Of a stretch of DNA of 64,000 nt, positions 10,769 through 18,589 are shown piece by piece. The position numbers were made by a program, and so were the translations under genes. The notes below the pieces were generated by a model, which made no database searches, was not told the origin of the DNA, and saw only the letters and a list, made by a program, of their open reading frames with translations. Position 1 is the first letter of the stretch. Each line of letters opens with the position of its first letter. The stretch spans positions 10,042-74,041 of the forward strand of contig MGRJ01000009.1 in assembly GCA_001798135.1 (NCBI GenBank), in the 5' to 3' direction. Source of the stretch: Deltaproteobacteria bacterium RIFCSPHIGHO2_02_FULL_40_28. Its GTDB lineage: Bacteria; UBA10199; 2-12-FULL-40-28.

Positions 10769-11281
10769 ATGAATAAACAGGCTCGTGTTTTTTTAGTTTT
10801 ATTTTTTATCATTTTAGGTTTGTGGTTTTATGTTCAAAAAAATGCACAAACCACAGATGGGCAGGTGGGGCATGTTATTCCTACTCTTCATTTATTAGAC
10901 GAGGCAGGTGCAAAAATTACAGTAAGTCCTCAGTCAAATAAACTGAGGTTGATTCATTTTTGGGCTTCGTGGTGCTCTTCTTGTGTTCCAGAAATCCCTT
11001 TACTTAATTCTTTCATGAAAAAAATGGTTGGAACCCCTCTTGAACTGGTGGCTATCTCCATGGATAATAAATCTCAAGATGTGGTTTCTTTTCGAAAAAA
11101 AATTCCTTTTACTTTTCGTATTTTTTTTGATCCTCACATGGAAGCTGCAGATAATTTAGGAACCTACATGTTGCCCGAGACTTACCTTGTCAGTAAACAG
11201 GGAGTTATCTTGCACAAATTTGTTGGTCCCCAAGATTGGGATAATCCTCACATTGAAGCAGAAATAAGAAAAAATTTTTGA
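10769..11281 (+). CDS. TlpA/ResA-family thiol-disulfide oxidoreductase
   Basis: N-terminal TM anchor, FWASWCSSC and LPETYLV motifs. Confidence 0.9.
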   Translation: MNKQARVFLVLFFIILGLWFYVQKNAQTTDGQVGHVIPTLHLLDEAGAKITVSPQSNKLRLIHFWASWCSSCVPEIPLLNSFMKKMVGTPLELVAISMDNKSQDVVSFRKKIPFTFRIFFDPHMEAADNLGTYMLPETYLVSKQGVILHKFVGPQDWDNPHIEAEIRKNF

Positions 11282-11283
11282 AA

Positions 11284-11491
11284 TGTCATTCTCATATTTT
11301 TTGTCATCCCCACGCCTCTTTGTCATCCCTGCGAAGGCAGGGATCCATCTTTTGATTCCGTCATTGCAATAACCCAATTAATTGTAGGGGCAGGCCCCTG
11401 TGCCTGCCCGATTATGGGCAACCACAGGGGGTTGCCCCTACGGGATACCCGCGATGACAAAGATGGATCCCCATTTTCATGGGGATGACGG
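11284..11491. repeat. Composite, nested cluster of REP-like palindromes
   Basis: GTCATCCCTGCGAAGGCAGGGATCCA and its inverted partner TGGATCCCCATTTTCATGGGGATGAC flank a GTCATTGC...GCGATGAC pair and a GTAGGGGC...GCCCCTAC pair. Confidence 0.85.
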
Positions 11492-11495
11492 AACA

Positions 11496-11861
11496 TTATT
11501 CTTTTTTAATCGCTTGAATTTTATTTTGCTTATCAACAAGAACTTTGGTGGGTTTGTGTCTGTTTACTTCTTCTGGAGTTAAATTCACAAAACTAGTGAT
11601 AATGATGGTATGCCCTTTTTTAATGCGCAAGGCGGCAGAACCATTAATACATACGGTACCAGAGCCTCGTTCTGCAGGTGGCATTACATAGGTGTAGAGA
11701 CGATCTCCTGAGGTTACATCCCATATATGCACCATTTCGTTAGTAATAAAACCACCGGCTTCCATCAATTCGCCATCGAGAGTGATGGATCCTTCATAGT
11801 CAACATTGGCATCGGTAACAGTTGCTCGGTGAATTTTTGATTTTAAAATTTGGTAAAGCAT
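11496..11861 (-). CDS. panD: Aspartate 1-decarboxylase
   Basis: LKSKIHRATVT, the YEGSIT self-cleavage site and INGSAA. The likely start is the ATG at 11861, not 12086. Confidence 0.95.
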   Translation of the reverse strand: MLYQILKSKIHRATVTDANVDYEGSITLDGELMEAGGFITNEMVHIWDVTSGDRLYTYVMPPAERGSGTVCINGSAALRIKKGHTIIITSFVNLTPEEVNRHKPTKVLVDKQNKIQAIKKE

Positions 11862-11901
11862 TTTGTAATGCCTAGGATGAAAAGTGCGAGTTGTCAATTG
11901 T

Positions 11902-11947
11902 GTAGGGGCGAATCTTGCTTGCCCCCCGTATGGTGGGGTATTCGTCC
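11902..11947. repeat. GTAG-type REP-like element
   Basis: GTAGGGGCGAAT...ATTCGTCC with an internal CCCC/GGGG hairpin; same 5' end as the element at 11384. Confidence 0.6.
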
Positions 11948-12010
11948 ATTTCATTTTTAAGATTGATTGACGACTTGCCTTTTTTCTTGATAGGAAAGTG
12001 ACCTGTATTC

Positions 12011-12083
12011 GGGGACGTAGCTCAGTTGGGAGAGCGCCGCAATGGCATTGCGGAGGTCGACGGTTCGATCCCGTTCGTCTCCA
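12011..12083 (+). tRNA. tRNA-Ala(GGC), CCA not encoded
   Basis: Acceptor stem GGGGACG/CGTCTCC with G3:U70, anticodon arm CCGCA-ATGGCAT-TGCGG, T-loop GGTTCGATCC. Confidence 0.97.
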
Positions 12084-12115
12084 CATGGTATTACTTTTAA
12101 GGTGTAGGAGAGGAT

Positions 12116-12460
12116 ATGTTTCCTATGATTAAGATGGCAGTGTTAAAAAAAGGGCGGGGGCATCATCGAATTTGGGTGGCCTATATGAAATGCCCTGGCG
12201 TTGTTATTGCCCATCTTGGAGGCGGGGCTAATCATTTAGGGGCTATCACTCTCGGCCTTCAAAAATGGTCGCGGACCTTTTTACGCTCGGGTCATCGGGA
12301 TGATGTTCTCACAAAATTTTTCTCTCGATCCCTTTTAAAACATCATCGTGGTTTCTCCATGGTTTCAGCCGGAGTACATTATCCTCGCATTGGTAAAAAC
12401 AACATCCTCAAGATTGTCGAACAAGCCAAACTTATCGGATGTCAAATCGCCAAACAATAA
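12116..12460 (+). CDS. Small protein resembling the LpdD-like (prenylated-flavin chaperone / PAC-fold) family
   Basis: Motif order GGG-x-x-HLGA, GHRDD, SAGVH matches the recalled LpdD pattern GG..HIG / HKD / AGIH. AGGAG SD upstream. Confidence 0.6.
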   Translation: MFPMIKMAVLKKGRGHHRIWVAYMKCPGVVIAHLGGGANHLGAITLGLQKWSRTFLRSGHRDDVLTKFFSRSLLKHHRGFSMVSAGVHYPRIGKNNILKIVEQAKLIGCQIAKQ

Positions 12461-13638
12461 TTATGTGTGTCCAGACGTTTTCTGTTGTTTTTCGAGATGG
12501 CCAATGGGAGCTTGATGCCCCTTGCCTTATTTCTGAACATCAAGAATATTTAAAAAAATATCTGGGCAAGGTTACTTCTTATCGTGTTCTTGCCATGGTG
12601 GATGGCTCTCCTCTCTATTCCCTTTATCAACCTCCCTTAGCCCATCCCGCAGGAGTGCGTTCCTTAGACCACAGGCTTCAAAGACGTTTCAAAGAAAAGA
12701 GAATTCCGGCAACCGCTACGCTTTCGGTTATTAAAAATTGTCAATGTGAATGTGATCATTGTTCTGCTGTTTTTTATAATCATAGCCAACGACCAGGCTT
12801 AACCAAGGAAGAACTTCAAGAAGCAGTGAGACAAACAGTTGATCTAGGGGTTACCACCGTTATTTTTTTGGGAGGGGAGCCTTTGCTCAGAAAGGATTTG
12901 GAAGAAATTATTTGCTGTGTAGATCCTTTGAAGGCAGTTTCCATTTTGTTTACAAATGGTGAGCTTTTGGATGAAAAAAGATGCCGGAGTTTAAAACAAG
13001 CGGGACTCTTGGGAGCCTTTGTTTCCTTGGACAGCTCTGAAGCAAAAATACATGATGCATTTCGGCATCGCAAAGGACTTTTTGACAAGGCTATCTCAAG
13101 TATAAAAGAGATGCGAAAAGCAGGTTTAATTGCTGGTATTTCCAGTTATTTGAGCCCACAAGGAATGCAGATGGGGCACTTTGAAAAAATGATGGAATTG
13201 GGTAAAAGCATTGGGGCCCAAGAAATTACTTTTTTTGACGCGCTTCCAAGTGGAAGGTGGCTAAAACACGAAGACTTTTTTCTCACTCCAACTCATCGTC
13301 AACATATTGCTCAACTTGTGAAACATTATCGCAAACAAGGAGACTACCCAGGCTTATCTGTTCAATCCACAATGACCAGTGAAAAAGGATCGGCTTTTTG
13401 TTTTGCCGCGAACACCCAGTTTTATATGACGGCCTTGGGAGATATGTGCCCGTGTGATTTTACCCCTTTAACCATTGGTCGTTTTCCAGAAAAAAGCATC
13501 AAGGTTCTTTGGGAAAAAATGATTTCCTCAGAGCCTTATTGTACACGGGCCAAGGTTTGCCGAATGCAGGATCCTGTTTTTCGAAGGCAATATATCGATC
13601 CTATACCTGATCATGGGCCCTATCCCTATCCACTTTGA
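12439..13638 (+). CDS. Radical SAM protein with a SPASM/twitch-type C-terminus
   Basis: CQCECDHC (CxxxCxxC), GGEP, TNG and VSLDS motifs; C-terminal CFAA...GDMCPC...C...C. An alternative start is 12463. Confidence 0.88.
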   Translation: MSNRQTIIMCVQTFSVVFRDGQWELDAPCLISEHQEYLKKYLGKVTSYRVLAMVDGSPLYSLYQPPLAHPAGVRSLDHRLQRRFKEKRIPATATLSVIKNCQCECDHCSAVFYNHSQRPGLTKEELQEAVRQTVDLGVTTVIFLGGEPLLRKDLEEIICCVDPLKAVSILFTNGELLDEKRCRSLKQAGLLGAFVSLDSSEAKIHDAFRHRKGLFDKAISSIKEMRKAGLIAGISSYLSPQGMQMGHFEKMMELGKSIGAQEITFFDALPSGRWLKHEDFFLTPTHRQHIAQLVKHYRKQGDYPGLSVQSTMTSEKGSAFCFAANTQFYMTALGDMCPCDFTPLTIGRFPEKSIKVLWEKMISSEPYCTRAKVCRMQDPVFRRQYIDPIPDHGPYPYPL

Positions 13639-13645
13639 GAAAGGG

Positions 13646-14713
13646 TTATTTTCTTGTGATTGTTTTAAGGGTTTTTTGGATCTGTACAAGCATCTTTTCT
13701 GTTGTGTCCCAGCCCACGCAAGGGTCGGTAATGGAAACCCCGTATTTCAGTTGAGAAAGATCTTCAGGAATTTTTTGACTTCCTTCGTCCAAATTACTTT
13801 CAATCATAAAACCAACAATGGATTTATTGCCTTTTGAAATTTGTGTGAGGCAATCTTTTAACACCATCTCTTGTTTTTTATAATCCTTGTTAGAATTTGC
13901 ATGTGAACAATCGACGATAATTTGAGTGCGTAAACCATTGGTTACCAAAACTTCTTCACATTTTTTGATGTTAGCGGCATCATAGTTGGGGTTTCCCTCG
14001 CCGCCACGTAAAACAATGTGAGCATAAAGGTTACCTCGCGTGGAGAATTTTGAAATTTTACCATCTTGATTAATACCCAAGAAATGATGCGGAGTTTTTA
14101 CAGATTTTAAAGCATTAACAGCCACCTGAATACTTCCGTCGGTTCCATTTTTAATTCCCACTGGCATCGAAAGCCCACTGGCCATTTCACGATGAGTTTG
14201 AGATTCGGTTGTTCTGGCTCCTATGGCTGCCCAGCTAATAAATTCAGCCAAGTATTGGGGAGTAATAGGATCTAGGGCTTCGGTAGCACAAGGGAGCCCC
14301 ATTTCGTTAAGTTCAACTAAAAGTTTTCTGGCAATTTTGAGGCCTTCTTCAATATGGAATGAATCGTCCAAGTAAGGATCGTTAATGAGGCCTTTCCAGC
14401 CAGTGGTAGAACGGGGTTTTTCAAAGTACACGCGCATAACAATAAAAAGCTCATCAGCAAGTTTGTTTTTGAGTGTGTGTAGTTTTTCAGCATATTCCTT
14501 GGCGGCCTTGGTATCATGGATAGAGCAGGGACCAACTACAATGAGAAGTCTTTTATCTTTTCCATCCAAAATTTCACAAATAGTTTGTCTGCTTTTTAAA
14601 ACATGATGCAGAGCCTTCTCGCTTGCGGGAATAAGGCGACGCATTTCTTCTGGGGTAATAAGCTCTTCACTACCCCCAATGTTTGTATTAATGAGTTTGT
14701 TTAGCTTGTGCAT
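13646..14713 (-). CDS. 3-deoxy-7-phosphoheptulonate (DAHP) synthase, class I-alpha (AroF/G/H type)
   Basis: GPCSIHD, MRVYFEKPR, GWKGL, IGARTTESQ and DCSHANS motifs. Confidence 0.96.
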   Translation of the reverse strand: MHKLNKLINTNIGGSEELITPEEMRRLIPASEKALHHVLKSRQTICEILDGKDKRLLIVVGPCSIHDTKAAKEYAEKLHTLKNKLADELFIVMRVYFEKPRSTTGWKGLINDPYLDDSFHIEEGLKIARKLLVELNEMGLPCATEALDPITPQYLAEFISWAAIGARTTESQTHREMASGLSMPVGIKNGTDGSIQVAVNALKSVKTPHHFLGINQDGKISKFSTRGNLYAHIVLRGGEGNPNYDAANIKKCEEVLVTNGLRTQIIVDCSHANSNKDYKKQEMVLKDCLTQISKGNKSIVGFMIESNLDEGSQKIPEDLSQLKYGVSITDPCVGWDTTEKMLVQIQKTLKTITRK

Positions 14714-14716
14714 ATT

Positions 14717-16195
14717 TTAGGCCTTTTTAACCACACTGATCCATTTTTGAAGAAGTTTTTTTCGTTCTGTGGGTTTTAAGTTTGGAGTAAAAGTTTTATC
14801 TTCTTGCCAAGACTTGGTAATTTCAGCTTCATCCTTCCAAAACCCTACAGCCAAACCTGCAAGAAAGGCTGCTCCTAAGCCTGTTGTTTCAATTACACGA
14901 GGGCGTACAATCTTGGTGCCCAAGACATCAGCTTGAAATTGCATGAGTAGATTGTTAGCCGCAGCTCCTCCATCCACTTTGAGACTTTTTAATTTCTTTT
15001 GAGAGTCAGATTCCATGGCTAATAAAATTTCGGTTTGTTGGAAAGCAATACCTTCGAGAGTGGCTTTTGCAATATGGCCACGATGAGTTCCACGAGTTAA
15101 TCCATGGATTACACCCCTGGCTTCTGGATTCCAGTGGGGAGCACCAAGACCTGCTAGGGCGGGCACAAAATACACTCCCCCATTATCTGTAACACTTTGG
15201 GCTAGTGCTTCTATGTCTGAAGATTTTTCAATCATTTTAAGCCCGTCTCTTAGCCATTGCACAGCGGCTCCTGCAATGAAAGAAGAACCTTCCAAGGCAT
15301 AAGCAACTTGATGCCCAATTTTCCAGGCCACTGTTGTTAAAAGCCCTTTTTTAGACATCACAGGTTTTTTGCCAATATTCATAAGCAAGAATGATCCTGT
15401 TCCATAGGTACATTTGGCATCACCTGCTGTAAAGCAAGCCTGTCCAAATAACGCTGCTTGTTGATCTCCAGCGATGCCAGAAATAGGAATGCCATCTGGA
15501 AGATGGGGAACTCCTTTTGTTACTCCATAAACTTCCGAGCTTGAGCAAATTTGAGGAAGCAGGGCTTCTGGAATATTGAAGAGTTTTAAAAGCAGTGGAT
15601 CCCACTCGAGAGTTTTTAAATTCATGAGCAAGGTGCGTGAGGCATTTGAAACATCGGTGACATGATTTTTTCCACCCGAGAGCATCCATACCAAAAAAGT
15701 ATCAATGGTTCCAAAAGCAAGCTCTCCCAGTTTTGCTTGATTTCTAGCATTGGGAACATGCTCTAGAAGCCAGCGTATTTTAGTCCCAGAAAAATACGGA
15801 TCTAAAACTAAACCCGTGCGTGCCTTAACGAAGGCTTCTTTTTTAGCTTTCTTAAGCTTGGCACAAAAATCAGATGTGCGTCGATCTTGCCAAACAATGG
15901 CATGATGAATGGGGATCCCATTGCTTCGATTCCAGATCAAAGTTGTTTCTCGTTGATTTGTAATTCCAATACCTGCAATGCGGCCAGAAGCAATGCCCCC
16001 AAGGTTTAAGATTTCACCAATTGTTTTGGTGGTGGATTCCCAAATTTCTTTGGGATCATGCTCTACCCAGCCAGGTTTTGGAAAGTATTGGGGGAACTCA
16101 TTATTTTTTTTCGCTAAAATATTGGCATTTTTATCAACAATTAAAACTGTAGTTCCTGTTGTACCTTGGTCGATAGCAAGAATTAAATCTTTCAT
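14717..16195 (-). CDS. glpK: Glycerol kinase
   Basis: IDQGTT, ITNQRETT, YFSGTK, GDQQAALFG, KCTYGTG and VDGG motifs. Confidence 0.97.
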   Translation of the reverse strand: MKDLILAIDQGTTGTTVLIVDKNANILAKKNNEFPQYFPKPGWVEHDPKEIWESTTKTIGEILNLGGIASGRIAGIGITNQRETTLIWNRSNGIPIHHAIVWQDRRTSDFCAKLKKAKKEAFVKARTGLVLDPYFSGTKIRWLLEHVPNARNQAKLGELAFGTIDTFLVWMLSGGKNHVTDVSNASRTLLMNLKTLEWDPLLLKLFNIPEALLPQICSSSEVYGVTKGVPHLPDGIPISGIAGDQQAALFGQACFTAGDAKCTYGTGSFLLMNIGKKPVMSKKGLLTTVAWKIGHQVAYALEGSSFIAGAAVQWLRDGLKMIEKSSDIEALAQSVTDNGGVYFVPALAGLGAPHWNPEARGVIHGLTRGTHRGHIAKATLEGIAFQQTEILLAMESDSQKKLKSLKVDGGAAANNLLMQFQADVLGTKIVRPRVIETTGLGAAFLAGLAVGFWKDEAEITKSWQEDKTFTPNLKPTERKKLLQKWISVVKKA

Positions 16196-16204
16196 AAATC
16201 TCCC

Positions 16205-16981
16205 TTATAAAAATCTTTCAAAAAAGGATGTTACTTTTTCTGCTACTAGGTCTTTGTCATAATCCAAAGTGATGATGTGGTAAGAATTTTCTAAAGTAAT
16301 CGTTTCAGTGATGGCCGAAGACACACTGGAAGCAACTTTAGCCATGGAGCCATAGGTGGCTGTGTTATCATGCCGTGAATGAATAACCAGAAGTGGCATA
16401 TGGATAGAAGCAAGTTGAGGACGAATCACATTTTGTAAATCTGCAATACTCACAATGGAAGAAGTAGGCATGAGGTCGTAATTCCAGAAATTTTTTTTTG
16501 CTTGAGGATCTTTGATATCAACCTCATATTTTTTCTGAAAACGCCATAAATTTTTAAGAGGTGTGTGTTTTACCAACTGAATGGTGGCTTGAATCCAGGG
16601 TTTAAAATAAAGCGGAGTGGCCAGGCAGGCAATGCCTGAAATTGATTGGGGATATTCTTCTGCAAGTTTGAGGGTTAAAAGCGATCCTAATGAGAGCCCG
16701 CAAACAAAAATACGAGAACATTTTTGATGCAATTCCATGTAGGCTTTTTGCACTGAAGAAAACCAATCTTGCCAGTTGGTTTTAGCACATTGTTCAGGTG
16801 TTTGACCATGGCCCTCTAAAAGAGGAGCCGATACTGTAAAATTTTTTTGATTTAAGTAATTAATTAAGGGGCGCATCGAATCAGGTGTGCCTGTAAAACC
16901 ATGCAGAACTAAAACCCCAGCTCCATTATTCCCCTGTTTAAAGATGGGATCAATTTGAGGATGATGAAAAATTTGTGTCAT
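16205..16981 (-). CDS. Alpha/beta-hydrolase carboxylesterase / monoacylglycerol lipase family
   Basis: LHGFTG oxyanion motif, GLSLG nucleophile motif, D and H (SYH) catalytic positions. Confidence 0.85.
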   Translation of the reverse strand: MTQIFHHPQIDPIFKQGNNGAGVLVLHGFTGTPDSMRPLINYLNQKNFTVSAPLLEGHGQTPEQCAKTNWQDWFSSVQKAYMELHQKCSRIFVCGLSLGSLLTLKLAEEYPQSISGIACLATPLYFKPWIQATIQLVKHTPLKNLWRFQKKYEVDIKDPQAKKNFWNYDLMPTSSIVSIADLQNVIRPQLASIHMPLLVIHSRHDNTATYGSMAKVASSVSSAITETITLENSYHIITLDYDKDLVAEKVTSFFERFL

Positions 16982-17100
16982 TGAATGGGGGGTTATATCG
17001 AAAAAAAGGAGGATAAGTCCATGATTAAAAGGCCTGTCCGCGGAGGCCAGGGAAGGAAATCTTTTGACAGATGGGATCCAAGATGCTTTAGGTCCCCCTG

Positions 17101-18075
17101 ATGGATTTAAGAGATATTTGCCTTACCATGAGGCAGGAAATTGATGAACTAGAGAAGATAGTTCATGCCAACTTAAGTTCTACTGTCCCCTTTGTGGAAA
17201 ATGTAGTGGGGTATGTGATTCACAATGGGGGGAAGCGTTTGCGCCCTATTTTAACTCTCATTACTTCGAAACTGTCTGGTTACCAAGGAAGGGCTTCCTT
17301 AGAAATTGGGGCTGCTATCGAGTTTATGCATACGGCTTCACTGTTGCACGATGATGTTATCGATTCGGCTCCCATGCGGCGTGGCAGAGAAACCACCAAT
17401 CGTAAATGGGGAAACCAAGTGAGTGTTTTGGTGGGAGACTTTTTTTATTGTCGGGCCATGGATATTTTAGTGCGGCATGGAGATACCAAGGTTTTGCGTG
17501 TAGTTACAGATGCTGTTACCATTTTAACAGAGGGTGAAATTTTAGAAATCACCAAGAGCAATGATTTTCAAACAACTCAAGAAGATTATCTGCGCATCAT
17601 TACTGGAAAAACAGCGAGTTTGATTGGGGCTGCCTGTCAGTGTGGAGCTATTTTGGGTGGTGTGTCTGAGGAGTTTGAACATTCTCTTAAAAGATTTGGT
17701 CTTAATTTAGGTATTGCCTTTCAATTGGTGGATGATGTGCTTGATTATACAGCAGCTGTTGAAGAGTTTGGCAAGGTAAATGGTACTGATTTACGTGAAG
17801 GAAAATTAACCCTGCCACTTATTTTAGCTATTTCCAGAAGTACTGAAAAAGATCGAAGTATCATTCGTAAGGCTTTAATTACTGATAATACCTCGCCCAA
17901 AGAATTTGTCGAAGTTTTGCGTATTGTAGAAGAATGTGAGGGAATTAGAGATACCATCAAAATGGCAAGAGGGTATGTTGATCGTGCCACCCTTGGCCTT
18001 GCTTCTTTTAAACCCAGCCTAGAAAAAGAAACCCTTCAGCGTATTGCTGATTACGTGATTTCGAGGAAAATGTAG
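17101..18075 (+). CDS. ispB: Long-chain polyprenyl diphosphate synthase (IspB-like)
   Basis: GGKRLRP, LHDDVID, RRG, KTA and FQLVDDVLD motifs. Confidence 0.9.
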   Translation: MDLRDICLTMRQEIDELEKIVHANLSSTVPFVENVVGYVIHNGGKRLRPILTLITSKLSGYQGRASLEIGAAIEFMHTASLLHDDVIDSAPMRRGRETTNRKWGNQVSVLVGDFFYCRAMDILVRHGDTKVLRVVTDAVTILTEGEILEITKSNDFQTTQEDYLRIITGKTASLIGAACQCGAILGGVSEEFEHSLKRFGLNLGIAFQLVDDVLDYTAAVEEFGKVNGTDLREGKLTLPLILAISRSTEKDRSIIRKALITDNTSPKEFVEVLRIVEECEGIRDTIKMARGYVDRATLGLASFKPSLEKETLQRIADYVISRKM

Positions 18076-18117
18076 TCCGATTTATGGACGATAGAATTTG
18101 CGGGTGGCGCTGTCTTG

Positions 18118-18206
18118 TCCCCTCCCCCTTGAGGGGGGAGGGTTAGGGAGAGGGTGAAAATTTAGTCCACCCTCCCCCTGGCCCCCTCCCCTCAAGGGAG
18201 GGGGGA
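18118..18206. repeat. C/G-tract inverted repeat element (CCCTCCCCC...GGGGGAGGG family)
   Basis: Two inverted arms, CCCCTCCCCCTTGAGGGGGGAGGG-TTAGGGAGAGGGTG and CACCCTCCCCCTGGCCCCCTCCCCTCAAGGGAGGGGG, each self-complementary. Confidence 0.8.
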
Positions 18207-18241
18207 ATTTTTTTGGCGACCCGCATTTTATTTTTCATACA

Positions 18242-18257
18242 TGGAACGTATTTTGCA
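18242..18257 (+). promoter_or_regulatory. Putative sigma54 promoter of comEA
   Basis: TGGAAC-GTATT-TTGCA (GG-N10-GC) just upstream of an AGGAGG SD and the ATG at 18281. Confidence 0.7.
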
Positions 18258-18280
18258 TTTCTTTCGCGCAGGAGGAATTT

Positions 18281-18550
18281 ATGCGTAACTTTTTAATGAT
18301 GTTAGTTTTTGGAATTATTTTATCTGGGAACTTAAACCCCAATACAGCTACCAGCGAGCAACTCATGTTGCTGCCTGGTGTGGGTGTTGCTAAAGCCCAA
18401 AGCCTTATGGAAGCCAGACAAAAAAAGACCATTCAAAATGAGCAAGATCTTTTGTCTGTTAAAGGTATTGGACCTAAGCTCGTAGAAAAATGGAAACCTT
18501 ATTTAATTTATTCGGGAGCTACTACTTTAAAGCCAGGGCCAAATCCATAA
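18281..18550 (+). CDS. comEA: ComEA-family helix-hairpin-helix DNA-binding protein
   Basis: Hydrophobic N-terminus; NPNTATSEQLMLLPGVG and LLSVKGIGPK HhH repeats. Confidence 0.85.
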   Translation: MRNFLMMLVFGIILSGNLNPNTATSEQLMLLPGVGVAKAQSLMEARQKKTIQNEQDLLSVKGIGPKLVEKWKPYLIYSGATTLKPGPNP

Positions 18551-18560
18551 AGCCTTTTGA

Positions 18561-18589
18561 ATAGAAGCAACGGCGCGCCGTGCCCCTAT
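18561..18589. repeat. GTAG-type REP-like palindrome overlapping the patatin stop codon
   Basis: The minus strand reads ATAGGGGCACGGCGCGCCGTTGCTTCTAT. Confidence 0.6.

Noticed and set aside
11156-11582. ORFs 11156-11377(-) and 11400-11582(+), including the peptide WIPAFAGMT
   Set aside because: These are translations of REP palindromes. The same peptide recurs in ORF 27947-28411 over another REP copy.
11862-12086. 75-aa N-terminal extension of PanD
   Set aside because: It is the antisense reading of tRNA-Ala and a REP. PanD homology starts at 11861.
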